A DNA stretch of 64,000 nt from a virus: the IMG/VR virus record IMGVR_UViG_3300032331_002067, positions 1-64,000 of that record. One strand, 5' to 3'. The notes under the pieces are model-generated. The model saw only the letters and a list, made by a program, of their open reading frames with translations, made no database searches and had not been told where the DNA came from. Numbering within the stretch: the stretch's first letter is position 1; the number at the start of each line of letters is the position of its first letter. Position numbers and translations under genes: made by a program. This document shows positions 31,715 to 40,648 of this stretch, one piece after another.

Positions 31715-32116
31715 ATGTCTCAACAAAATACAAACTTAAAACCAAAGATAATTATGAATACTTATCTAAATCTAAACTACGTTCTTCGTAAACAACTAAG
31801 AAGAATCGAATCAGAAATCGAAAGATACTTTAATGATGAAGGACATTATTATGGTGATGGTTTGAATGAAGTATGCGATATTAGAGATTTAGTTATGACA
31901 GAAATTGATTCATTAGGCGAAAAGATAGAAAATCTTGCTTTTTGTACCAATATGTCAAATGAATCATTTGACCATCTGTTAGATAACTATGCTGTTGAAA
32001 TATTAGATGGAATACAAACATACAATCAAGTTGGTGAGTATCTAAGTGAATTTGATTACTCAGATATGAACGAATCCTTCTTGAAAGAATTCAGTAAGCT
32101 ATACGAAAAAGAATAA
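31715..32116 (+). CDS. Acidic hypothetical protein
   Basis: ORF in the early block. Confidence 0.55.
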   Translation: MSQQNTNLKPKIIMNTYLNLNYVLRKQLRRIESEIERYFNDEGHYYGDGLNEVCDIRDLVMTEIDSLGEKIENLAFCTNMSNESFDHLLDNYAVEILDGIQTYNQVGEYLSEFDYSDMNESFLKEFSKLYEKE

Positions 32117-32126
32117 GGAGAAAAAA

Positions 32127-32357
32127 ATGGCAATCTGTAAAATCTGCAATAATGAATTTATTGAAGAAAGATATGAAGCTGGTTATGATTATTGCTTAGA
32201 TGAAGTATGTAATCGAATTGGTTTAGATGAAAGAGAAAGAGAATTCCGGAAAGTTTATACTCCGGCATTATTGCATAAATGCAATTACTTTTGGATAAAG
32301 AAAAGCGAACTGCGAGACTTAAATGTTAGAGCAGACATGTTACAAACAGGAGATTAA
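32127..32357 (+). CDS. Zn-finger hypothetical protein
   Basis: CKIC..ER...GY.YC...C; SD aaggag. Confidence 0.6.
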   Translation: MAICKICNNEFIEERYEAGYDYCLDEVCNRIGLDEREREFRKVYTPALLHKCNYFWIKKSELRDLNVRADMLQTGD

Positions 32358-32360
32358 ACA

Positions 32361-32729
32361 ATGGATTATGAAGAATTTACAAATTATCAATTGTCAATAC
32401 ACCCCGATTTTGTTTCATATCAATTGAAGGAAGACGAAATTAAAGTTTTCCTTTCTGCTGATTATGGAGTTAATTCAAAATCTGGAAATAAAACAATTGG
32501 AAAAGAAATTGTTAAAACAATTAATTCTTTTCATATCAAAAAAGATAGAGAATGTTTTTATGCACAAAGAGTTAAAGACTCTGCAATTAAAAACCTTAGT
32601 CAAAACAAAAGAGTAGGCAGTGCAATAAAAATGGGCATTGCTTCTAACTATGTACATCAAATGATGTTGTATCAGATTAGAACATTTTTGTTTTTTAAAA
32701 AATTCCCTGAGTATTTGGAGGTCAAATAA
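32361..32729 (+). CDS. Hypothetical protein
   Basis: SD aggag. Confidence 0.55.
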   Translation: MDYEEFTNYQLSIHPDFVSYQLKEDEIKVFLSADYGVNSKSGNKTIGKEIVKTINSFHIKKDRECFYAQRVKDSAIKNLSQNKRVGSAIKMGIASNYVHQMMLYQIRTFLFFKKFPEYLEVK

Positions 32730-32986
32730 TGGAAATGGTTACAGTATGTCCTTGTTTTTCTTGTGGAAAACAAATTACTTATTTAACATTTGGAAAGAGT
32801 TCTTTAATGAGTCCAGAAGATGCAATTGAAGTTTTGATTGAAGGTGGTTATGGTTCTAAATTTGATCTTTCTCAAATGCTTATTTGGATTTGTGATGAAT
32901 GTATTCAACAAAAAATGAAAGAAAGAGTCTTTATGATTAATGAAGATATAACAAACGATTACACAATGGAGAATGAAAATGATTGA
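32729..32986 (+). CDS. Zn-finger hypothetical protein
   Basis: CFSC...GYGSKFD....ICDEC. Confidence 0.6.
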   Translation: MEMVTVCPCFSCGKQITYLTFGKSSLMSPEDAIEVLIEGGYGSKFDLSQMLIWICDECIQQKMKERVFMINEDITNDYTMENEND

Positions 32987-33260
32987 TGAAATCCCAGAGG
33001 AATACCTTATGAAAGATACTCCATACGCAACAAGAAATCAAAATGGTGTCGTTACCTTTTTTGATTCAGTAGAAGAAGCTATTGCTGATTTTATTGGATA
33101 TGAAGGATATCGATTAGATATTGAAGTTAATGGTGTAGTTGTTTTTATCTACAGAGATGAATTACCACTTATGTCAAAAGCTCAACCCGGATCTTTAGCA
33201 TATGATAATCCCTCAAAGAGGGTTTCATATGAAGCTAAAGTAATAGTAGAAAGAAAGTAA
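32973..33260 (+). CDS. Hypothetical protein
   Basis: Coupled ORF. Confidence 0.55.
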   Translation: MKMIDEIPEEYLMKDTPYATRNQNGVVTFFDSVEEAIADFIGYEGYRLDIEVNGVVVFIYRDELPLMSKAQPGSLAYDNPSKRVSYEAKVIVERK

Positions 33261-33261
33261 T

Positions 33262-33567
33262 ATGAACAATATTAAAAGAACAGATGAAGCAAACGCAAGT
33301 GGTACTTGTTTACAAGGCTATGTAATAGCCACATATGAAGAATTAGTGAAAACATTTGGTGAACCTGATTATGGACCTAATTCTGTTGATACAGATAAAA
33401 CAACTTGTGAATGGGTATTGGAGTATAACGAAAGTAAATACTGCACCATTTATGATTGGAAACTAGGAGAAACACCATTCTTTAAGTATGAGTGGCACAT
33501 TGGCGGAACTGAAAGCAAATGTGTAGAAGTATTGCAGAATGCTATTGAAGAAATGAGAAAGCAATAA
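33262..33567 (+). CDS. Conserved phage hypothetical protein
   Basis: GT.LQG...TY..LV..FGEP...DK...EW...TIYDWK...WHIGG. Confidence 0.65.
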   Translation: MNNIKRTDEANASGTCLQGYVIATYEELVKTFGEPDYGPNSVDTDKTTCEWVLEYNESKYCTIYDWKLGETPFFKYEWHIGGTESKCVEVLQNAIEEMRKQ

Positions 33568-33833
33568 TGAAAGACAAGCCCAAATATCAATGGATATTAC
33601 ATCATACTAGATCAACTGATAGAGTATTTTTTGGTCCATTTGAAAGCTATGAAGAACTTGATTTGTTTTATGGAACAATTGCAAGAGCAGAGCAAATTCA
33701 TTGCTCTGTTGAATTATTAATCAATCCATTTGTAGCATCATATGATGAATGGTGGTATAACCCATATGATGAGCTACAAAAGAAAAACCCCGAATTATTT
33801 AATAGAAAGAAAGAAGAAGCAAATGTCAACTGA
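33567..33833 (+). CDS. Hypothetical protein
   Basis: TAATG coupling. Confidence 0.55.
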   Translation: MKDKPKYQWILHHTRSTDRVFFGPFESYEELDLFYGTIARAEQIHCSVELLINPFVASYDEWWYNPYDELQKKNPELFNRKKEEANVN

Positions 33834-34110
33834 TATTTATGATTTTACAACTGAACACGAGAAAGCATTATTCTCAATTACAAAACACTGCTCTTGGTGT
33901 GGAAATTGGATTGTCATTAATATGACATATCGTCAACATGAAGCTTATGTTGAAAAAACAGCATATGTGCAAGATATCTTTCCGCATATTTCAAAAGAAG
34001 AGCGTGAAATGTTGATTAGTGGAACACATCCTAAATGCTGGAATGAAATGTTCGGAGATATTGATGAAGATGAAGAAGAGGAAATTGATTCTTATGCTGG
34101 AAATGAATGA
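33823..34110 (+). CDS. Conserved phage hypothetical protein
   Basis: C..CG...QD.FP.....RE.LISG.HP.CW; start reassigned. Confidence 0.6.
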   Translation: MSTDIYDFTTEHEKALFSITKHCSWCGNWIVINMTYRQHEAYVEKTAYVQDIFPHISKEEREMLISGTHPKCWNEMFGDIDEDEEEEIDSYAGNE

Positions 34111-34330
34111 GAAGCTTAGATTCATAGATGAATTTGAAATAAGCGTTCATAAAAAAATCTCTAATATGAAATTTGGAGAGTGCTTGTCAATTGAAACTGT
34201 TGCTAAAACAGAAGAAGAGAGAAAAGCGATCAGAAAAGCAATTGAAAAGTCAGCAAAATATAATTGCATGGTTTTAAGATTGCATTGGTTAAAAGATAAA
34301 AACATTGTTAAAGTAACACACGAAATATAA
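34103..34330 (+). CDS. Small basic protein, possible distant member of the 54-56 kb family
   Basis: MKFGECL...RKAI.KSAK....L.W pattern. Confidence 0.5.
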   Translation: MNEKLRFIDEFEISVHKKISNMKFGECLSIETVAKTEEERKAIRKAIEKSAKYNCMVLRLHWLKDKNIVKVTHEI

Positions 34331-34660
34331 AGGAAATTATGACCCCAGAAAACAAATTAGAAGAATACATTGAGAATCTTTGGTTAAAAGATGGCTTGAT
34401 TGTTTTTCCTAAACGAGAAGAAATTGAAGAAGATGACGAAAGCCTTGACTTGTCAATAAATATTGATTGGTTCTTATGGGAAAAGGAAATGCACTCATGA
34501 AGACATTTAATTATGAATGTAAATCTTGTGGTGAGTTATATCACGAAAAGACAGAGACTGGATATTGCGTAATTTGCGAAGGAAGTTTGGTTGAAGTCAA
34601 TTCACTTGATTATGACGAAGAATATGATAATGATAAAGATTGGAATGGAAGGTATATATA

Positions 34661-34984
34661 ATGAGAGAATATATGGAAATTGGCTCAACGCCATATGATG
34701 AGCCTTGTGCTCAAGTTGGTTCAGATGATTACAGAAATCGTGCTGAAAAAGAAATGGATACTTATGTAAGTCTATTGGAAAGGTTATTTCCAGAAGCTTC
34801 AAGTAAAAATATTAACTTCAAGAAAAAATGGTTTCAACATGATTTTGGAACATATGGTGAAGTTTGTATGTATTGGAATACAGAGGATGAAGAATCTGAT
34901 AGTTATGTTTATGAGATTGAAAAAAGATTACCAGAAAGCTGGGATAAAGTAGCAATGGAAGAGTTAGGAATAGTAAATGATTAA
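34661..34984 (+). CDS. Conserved phage hypothetical protein
   Basis: IG.TP..E.CAQVG...F.HDFGTY.EV. Confidence 0.6.
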   Translation: MREYMEIGSTPYDEPCAQVGSDDYRNRAEKEMDTYVSLLERLFPEASSKNINFKKKWFQHDFGTYGEVCMYWNTEDEESDSYVYEIEKRLPESWDKVAMEELGIVND

Positions 34985-35083
34985 GATATTTAGTTTTGCG
35001 ATTATATTTCTAATCGCAGTACCAACAGTATTGATTGGATTAGCAATGATGATTAGTGAATCAACCGATGAAAGGACATCGAA

Positions 35084-35635
35084 ATGAATAAGGAAAGAAT
35101 GTTACAACTAGCAGATTATATTGAAAATCTGCCGGAACACAAATTTGAAATGCAGTATTGGATTTCAAACAAGATAGAGCAAGGTACATTCAATAATAAA
35201 CCGTATTGGTCAATTGAGTCTTATCCCTTGTGGCATAGCAATCCAGAAACATTAGTAGAACCTTTAAATTGTGGTACTGCTTGCTGTATTGCTGGTTGGG
35301 CTGCTGCAATTGAAAATAATTTTAAACCAATTTCTCTTCTGCAAGATGGAAAATCAATTGAAGATAGAGCAGCAATATGGCTTGATCTAAATCAACAAGA
35401 GGCACATAATCTTTTCTTAATTGGTTTGGATAGTGTATGGGTTGATTATATTGCTAAAACCGATATTGAGCTTGATAATTATGAAGAGACTTTTACAAGT
35501 ATTACAAATAAAACAGCAGCATTAGTTATTAGAGACATTGCTAATGGAGTTATTGATATTGATAGAGAATATGATTCTGATGAATCTAGGGAGTATTTAG
35601 AAGAATTGGGGTACTTTGAAGATGATGAATTCTAA
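35084..35635 (+). CDS. Conserved phage hypothetical protein
   Basis: MN.ERL..LAD.IE...CGTACCIAGWA. Confidence 0.6.
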   Translation: MNKERMLQLADYIENLPEHKFEMQYWISNKIEQGTFNNKPYWSIESYPLWHSNPETLVEPLNCGTACCIAGWAAAIENNFKPISLLQDGKSIEDRAAIWLDLNQQEAHNLFLIGLDSVWVDYIAKTDIELDNYEETFTSITNKTAALVIRDIANGVIDIDREYDSDESREYLEELGYFEDDEF

Positions 35636-36329
35636 TGATATTTTTATTTATTCGGATAATCTTGTTCGTTGTGCAACTGATGCCTTAACTAAACCAGAAG
35701 ATTTTGGTTATTGGGGTCCAGAAGATACTTTTGTAACTTGGGGTTTTTGTGGAATTGATAAAACAAGAGATTCTAGTGTTATGGATATCTCAAACTTTGA
35801 AACAATTTCTCAAGAGCTAATGGATGATTATCCGGATGATTTTAGAATTGAAAACTATAGCCATTGGGCTTGTGGTTCAATTGACCGTTTGATTTGTCGT
35901 ATTCTAAAGCGAGAAACCAATGTTGAGTTAGACAATATTACAGATGCTTTTAAAAAAGCTATGATTTGTAAAGATAAACTTGGTGCTTACCCTGTTTATG
36001 ATGAAGAGGATTATCACAATAGATTATATAAGGAAGCAATTGGTTGTCTTTATGATTTGCCAGATTATCTAGAAAATATGATCGACACTAATGTTCCAAA
36101 TTATGGTGAAGATATCTACTATGAATTGACAGCAAATATGAACATTGAATTCGATGTAGATGGTGAACAATATCCAAAGGATGATGATATTAAGTATGCC
36201 GTTTATAGTTTGCAATATTGGAACGATGAAGCAACTGAAGAATGGAATGAATGGACAGACCAAAACGGTATGGAAAGAATTTCTACAAGAAAGAAAAACC
36301 CTAATCAATTAAAACTATTTGAGGATTAA
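35622..36329 (+). CDS. Acidic phage hypothetical protein
   Basis: RDS....SNF...HWA.G....YPV.DEED. Confidence 0.6.
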   Translation: MMNSNDIFIYSDNLVRCATDALTKPEDFGYWGPEDTFVTWGFCGIDKTRDSSVMDISNFETISQELMDDYPDDFRIENYSHWACGSIDRLICRILKRETNVELDNITDAFKKAMICKDKLGAYPVYDEEDYHNRLYKEAIGCLYDLPDYLENMIDTNVPNYGEDIYYELTANMNIEFDVDGEQYPKDDDIKYAVYSLQYWNDEATEEWNEWTDQNGMERISTRKKNPNQLKLFED

Positions 36330-36535
36330 TGAACGAAATACAAACAAAAGAAGTAAGAACGGAATTACACCGTGTCTTAGAAAATATGGATATACCAAAG
36401 ATGAGGTTTGATGATTTGGGTTGGCTAACCCGGAACATTGGAATTAATAATTCAAATCATCCAAACTTTATCCTAGCAACTTGGTTAATAGAAAAGCTTA
36501 AGGAGAGCAAAAATGAACAAGTGTCCTCAATGTAG
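36329..36535 (+). CDS. Hypothetical protein
   Basis: TAATG coupling. Confidence 0.5.
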   Translation: MNEIQTKEVRTELHRVLENMDIPKMRFDDLGWLTRNIGINNSNHPNFILATWLIEKLKESKNEQVSSM

Positions 36536-36767
36536 ATTGGAAAATCTAACATTTATTGACAGTCATGAAAATGTAATATGCGAAAATCCAGAGGATAAAG
36601 CATTTCTTTCTGATTGGGAACAATATGAATGTCAAAATTGTAATCTCATTTTTGATGTTCAAGATGGAATTATTGAAGTAAAAGAAATCATTGGTCTAAA
36701 TCATTATGCATTTAGATATAAATTAACAACAAATTGGGAGAAGGTTTATAATGAACTTGGAATATGA
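36513..36767 (+). CDS. Zn-ribbon hypothetical protein
   Basis: CPQC...CQNC; SD aaggag. Confidence 0.55.
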   Translation: MNKCPQCRLENLTFIDSHENVICENPEDKAFLSDWEQYECQNCNLIFDVQDGIIEVKEIIGLNHYAFRYKLTTNWEKVYNELGI

Positions 36768-37053
36768 AAACAAAGAGCGTGAGCTAACACATGAAGAATT
36801 AGAAATGGAAGCCGATGCAGCATTGGATATTGAATACCAAGCTCATCTTAAAGGTATTTCGGTTCAAGACTACATGGATTTAATGACATTAAGACTTAAT
36901 CAAGTCCATCAGGCAATTGATGATGATTATGAAATTGGTGATGAATATGATTGGGATAGATCAGATAGAAGCCAATATTGTAAGCATGGTAAATTCATTG
37001 GTTCTTGGTGGGGACCAGACATTCTTTGTGGTTATTGTGAAGCCGGAGAATAA
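36751..37053 (+). CDS. Hypothetical protein
   Basis: C-terminal CKHG...CGYCE. Confidence 0.55.
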   Translation: MNLEYENKERELTHEELEMEADAALDIEYQAHLKGISVQDYMDLMTLRLNQVHQAIDDDYEIGDEYDWDRSDRSQYCKHGKFIGSWWGPDILCGYCEAGE

Positions 37054-37261
37054 ACATAGAATCTTAGCGCATACTAAAATTCACCAAAAAATAAAGATAA
37101 ACAAACGGGCGTAAGCCTAAAAGGAAAGATAATGGAAAATCAAAACACTGCACTATTTAGTGCATCAATGGTATTGACAGCATATGTCGATGAAAATGGA
37201 AATGTTAAATATGTAAAGTCATCTTGGGATGAACTTTTCGAAAAAGAGAAAGAAGAAGAAA

Positions 37262-37840
37262 ATGCCTAACTGGTGTATGAACACATTAGAAATACAAGGT
37301 CCAATTGAAGATGTGGATAAATTCATGGAAAAGATTAAATCTGTTGAACCAGATAAACTTAGTCTTTTCAATGCACTTATCCCAATGCCAACTGAATATA
37401 TTGGTGAACCTGCAAGTATGACCAAAGAAGAAAAAGATTGGTCAGATACTGAAAAGCTTTGCTTTGAAAAGTATGGTCATAAAGATTGGTATGGATGGTC
37501 TATTGCTAACTGGGGAGTTAAATGGGATATTAGCGATGGTTATATTTCAGATGAAACTCTTGTTACTAAATATAACATTGATAAACAAGCAACCGAAGAA
37601 ACAGGTGAGAAACTTGTAATAATGCAATACTCAACTCCTTGGGCACCCGGAGATGAAAGTTTAGCTGAAGCTTTTTGCAGAGATGAATACAAATCACTTT
37701 CTTTTCATATTTATTATGAAGAAGGTGGAATGGGATTTCACGGTGCTTTGACAGTACATAAAGGTGAAATTGTATATCAGGAATCTGATGATATGAGTAC
37801 TATAAGAAAATGTCTAGAAGATTCTCTAGACTGGATTTAA
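37262..37840 (+). CDS. DUF1281/YubB ferredoxin-like protein
   Basis: MPNWC.N.L.I.G, WY.W...NWG.KWD, TPW.P, Y.E.G..F.G. Confidence 0.75.
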   Translation: MPNWCMNTLEIQGPIEDVDKFMEKIKSVEPDKLSLFNALIPMPTEYIGEPASMTKEEKDWSDTEKLCFEKYGHKDWYGWSIANWGVKWDISDGYISDETLVTKYNIDKQATEETGEKLVIMQYSTPWAPGDESLAEAFCRDEYKSLSFHIYYEEGGMGFHGALTVHKGEIVYQESDDMSTIRKCLEDSLDWI

Positions 37841-37871
37841 CAACAAAACAACAATAAAAGGAAAAATAATA

Positions 37872-38303
37872 ATGGAAACAGCACAAGAAAAACTAGAAGC
37901 AATTTTTAATTTGCTTTATGGAAAAGATGATACAAAAGAAGCAATTGCTTATGGTATTACAAAAGATAAAGATAATAATCTTATCAGTAAGATCATTACT
38001 AAAGGAGATGATATCTATGAAATGATTGATACTCTGCACGAAGATAAAACATATCTAGTAAATGATTTTGTATCCGTTAGAACAACTGGTTGGGCAGCCC
38101 CTTTGGGTGCTAATGGTGAAGTTGAAGGTGCGCCAAGTCAGCACCCAAATCGTAGGCGTGTATGTTTGTTTGTAAGTTTAGATATTCTAAACAAAGAAGT
38201 AATCGGAAGCTGCCTTAAATTTGACGATGATGAAGAAGTTATTTATGACTTCAATCAAGCAACTGGTTCATTGGCATTGGCATTGGAAAGTCTGGTCGAA
38301 TAA
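37872..38303 (+). CDS. Hypothetical protein
   Basis: SD aagga. Confidence 0.6.
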   Translation: METAQEKLEAIFNLLYGKDDTKEAIAYGITKDKDNNLISKIITKGDDIYEMIDTLHEDKTYLVNDFVSVRTTGWAAPLGANGEVEGAPSQHPNRRRVCLFVSLDILNKEVIGSCLKFDDDEEVIYDFNQATGSLALALESLVE

Positions 38304-38788
38304 TGGGGTTAGACAATATGCCAAATGTTTATCCTTGCGTAAAGGAAAACACAGCCATTATGAATGATGGTCGGATTGATTGTGAAGCAACTATAAACGC
38401 TAATCAATGTCCATACAAAAGAGAAAAAGAAAGTGATCCATTAACTAAAGACATGCGTTCAATATATGGAATGTTTGGAACTGAATGCTGGTATAGAGGA
38501 AAGTATGGTAATAACCTACTTGCTAAAATGAAGCGTCATAACAATGATTTTCCATATGATGAAGATGGATTTTATGGAAATGGAGAAGATGGCATATCAG
38601 AAGATGAATGCGAAACAATGTCAGAAGTAATGGTTAACTTTACTGAGTCATGGATTCATTATGTAGATACTAAAGGTATCGCAGAAACAGGGGAGGAAAG
38701 AGAAGCTTTAATTAACGACTGGATTTATGCAGCTTGGTGGTTAAAGTTTGTAGGAAATTATGGAGAAGGCTCAGGAGTTTGGTACTAA
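38303..38788 (+). CDS. Hypothetical protein (MGLD N-terminus)
   Basis: TAATG coupling. Confidence 0.6.
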   Translation: MGLDNMPNVYPCVKENTAIMNDGRIDCEATINANQCPYKREKESDPLTKDMRSIYGMFGTECWYRGKYGNNLLAKMKRHNNDFPYDEDGFYGNGEDGISEDECETMSEVMVNFTESWIHYVDTKGIAETGEEREALINDWIYAAWWLKFVGNYGEGSGVWY

Positions 38789-38792
38789 ATAG

Positions 38793-39161
38793 ATGTTCAG
38801 TATGGATGACTTTGACAATATACAAAAACCTAGTGAAAGAAAGGAGGCTCCAGATTATATAATAGAAGACCCGGATTTTCTAAATCAGATGATGACAGTT
38901 GCTCGAATAATTAGAGAAACTGATTTTGATGACCACGAAAGTCGTGCATCTTTCATTATGCATATGATTAATATGTCGATAGATGATCCTAATAATGTTC
39001 ACGAGAAATCGTTAGATGTTGTTAGTGCATTATCATCTCATATTTGTATGATGATGATGGCTATTAATGGTGGAAAAGAAACATATTTATCAAGTTATGA
39101 TAATTCTGTTATTCAACCAATGATAGATGATGGTCCACATATTCCAATCTGGGATAATTAA
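38793..39161 (+). CDS. Hypothetical protein
   Basis: ORF in operon. Confidence 0.55.
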   Translation: MFSMDDFDNIQKPSERKEAPDYIIEDPDFLNQMMTVARIIRETDFDDHESRASFIMHMINMSIDDPNNVHEKSLDVVSALSSHICMMMMAINGGKETYLSSYDNSVIQPMIDDGPHIPIWDN

Positions 39162-39162
39162 A

Positions 39163-39519
39163 ATGTCAACAATTACAATTAATTGGTTAGATGAAGCTGC
39201 TTGTTTAGGTCAAGGAACAGATTTGTTTTATACAGACACTGTTTATACATCAGAAACAAAGAAGATTATTGCCAAAGCTAAAACATTTTGTAATAGTTGT
39301 CCGGTAGTTGCTGATTGCTTACAATATGCAATTAATAATGAAGAAAGGTTTGGGGTTTGGGGTTCTTTTTCATCAAAAGAAAGAGCATCAATCCGAAACC
39401 ATTTGAAAACCAATGACATTACAAAAGATCAAGCAAAGGCAATGGTTAATAAAACAGTATTGCAAGTAAAAGAAACATTCAAAAATACAATATTTGTGGA
39501 GGGTGATAATGCCCGATGA
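39163..39519 (+). CDS. whiB: WhiB-family transcription factor (second copy)
   Basis: W...AAC....LF...AK.FCNSCPVVADCL.YA....GVWG.....ER. Confidence 0.9.
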   Translation: MSTITINWLDEAACLGQGTDLFYTDTVYTSETKKIIAKAKTFCNSCPVVADCLQYAINNEERFGVWGSFSSKERASIRNHLKTNDITKDQAKAMVNKTVLQVKETFKNTIFVEGDNAR

Positions 39520-39632
39520 TATGAATCTTAATTTTGAAGGAAAAATAACAAATAAGGATGTGCGAGAAATATTGCATGTTCCGGTATTTATTACCAAATC
39601 AATAGACAACAAACAAGAGAAAGAAGAAGAAA

Positions 39633-39989
39633 ATGAGTAATCCAACTTGTTCAGAAAGGATTGCAAAGCAAATGCAATCCATGAATGAAACATTAGAAGA
39701 GCTTTATGACAAGATTAATCAATTTGAAGACTCAGAAGTGAATGAGGAAGGAATGGATGAGTATATCAACCTACCTTTGTCAATTGAAACATTCAAGATA
39801 ATCAAAGTTTTATTCTCAACTGGAGGTCCAGCAGATTGGATTGAAATTAAAGTTGATGAAGATGACGGAGAAGTTATTGATGTTGATTACCACTTCTCAG
39901 ATTGGTTTGACCACGCACAGGTTAAAGTAGAAAAAAATAGTTATCTTTGGCAATATGCTGAAGAACGAGCAGAATTAGAAAGAAACTAA
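39633..39989 (+). CDS. Acidic conserved phage hypothetical protein
   Basis: LS.....S.GGPAD....Y.F.DWFD.A. Confidence 0.6.
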   Translation: MSNPTCSERIAKQMQSMNETLEELYDKINQFEDSEVNEEGMDEYINLPLSIETFKIIKVLFSTGGPADWIEIKVDEDDGEVIDVDYHFSDWFDHAQVKVEKNSYLWQYAEERAELERN

Positions 39990-40000
39990 AGGAAAACAAA

Positions 40001-40588
40001 ATGGAAAATATTAATGTAACACTAGGTATTGACGATGAGTCAATGGAGAAACTTTCTTCACTTCTTGAAGAAACACTAAAGGATTCTTTGACAGAATCAA
40101 TCAAGAACGATATTGAAAATGATATCGATGTTGATGACAATATTAGCAATTGGATGGATTATAACTTTGATGTTGAAGATCATCTTCGAAATGTAAACTT
40201 GAATGACTACATTGATGATAAAGATATTGAAGGTTCAGCACTAGAGCTTCTTGGAAGTTATAGTCCACTTAATGATTGCGATACAGCTAATGCTTTTACT
40301 GAAGCAGTAGCAAAAGCAATTCGTTACCTTCTGATGAAGGATCAATTAACTGTTGAAACTATTGAAAAAGCACTCGAAAAGCGTTCTGAAAACAAGAAGC
40401 GTGACGAGATGAAAGCATCTATTATGGAGGAAATTAAACCTCTTATGTTTGATGAGTTCAAAGCTGAACTTGAGCGTTATGCAGCACATGTTGAATATGA
40501 AAAGGCTCAAGAAATCGTAAGACAGACTAATGCTGTTGTTATCCCAGAAGTTACACCGTGGACTCGTGAAAACGATATCGGTTACTAA
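40001..40588 (+). CDS. Highly acidic hypothetical protein
   Basis: SD aagga; Asp/Glu-rich. Confidence 0.6.
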   Translation: MENINVTLGIDDESMEKLSSLLEETLKDSLTESIKNDIENDIDVDDNISNWMDYNFDVEDHLRNVNLNDYIDDKDIEGSALELLGSYSPLNDCDTANAFTEAVAKAIRYLLMKDQLTVETIEKALEKRSENKKRDEMKASIMEEIKPLMFDEFKAELERYAAHVEYEKAQEIVRQTNAVVIPEVTPWTRENDIGY

Positions 40589-40603
40589 ATAAAAAAAGAA
40601 ATC

Positions 40604-40632
40604 AGAGGGGGGAAGAAATTCCCCCCTCTTTT
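40604..40632 (+). terminator. Stem-loop terminator
   Basis: agaggggggaa-gaaa-ttcccccctct-ttt. Confidence 0.7.
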
Positions 40633-40648
40633 ACAAAAGGAAATTAAA

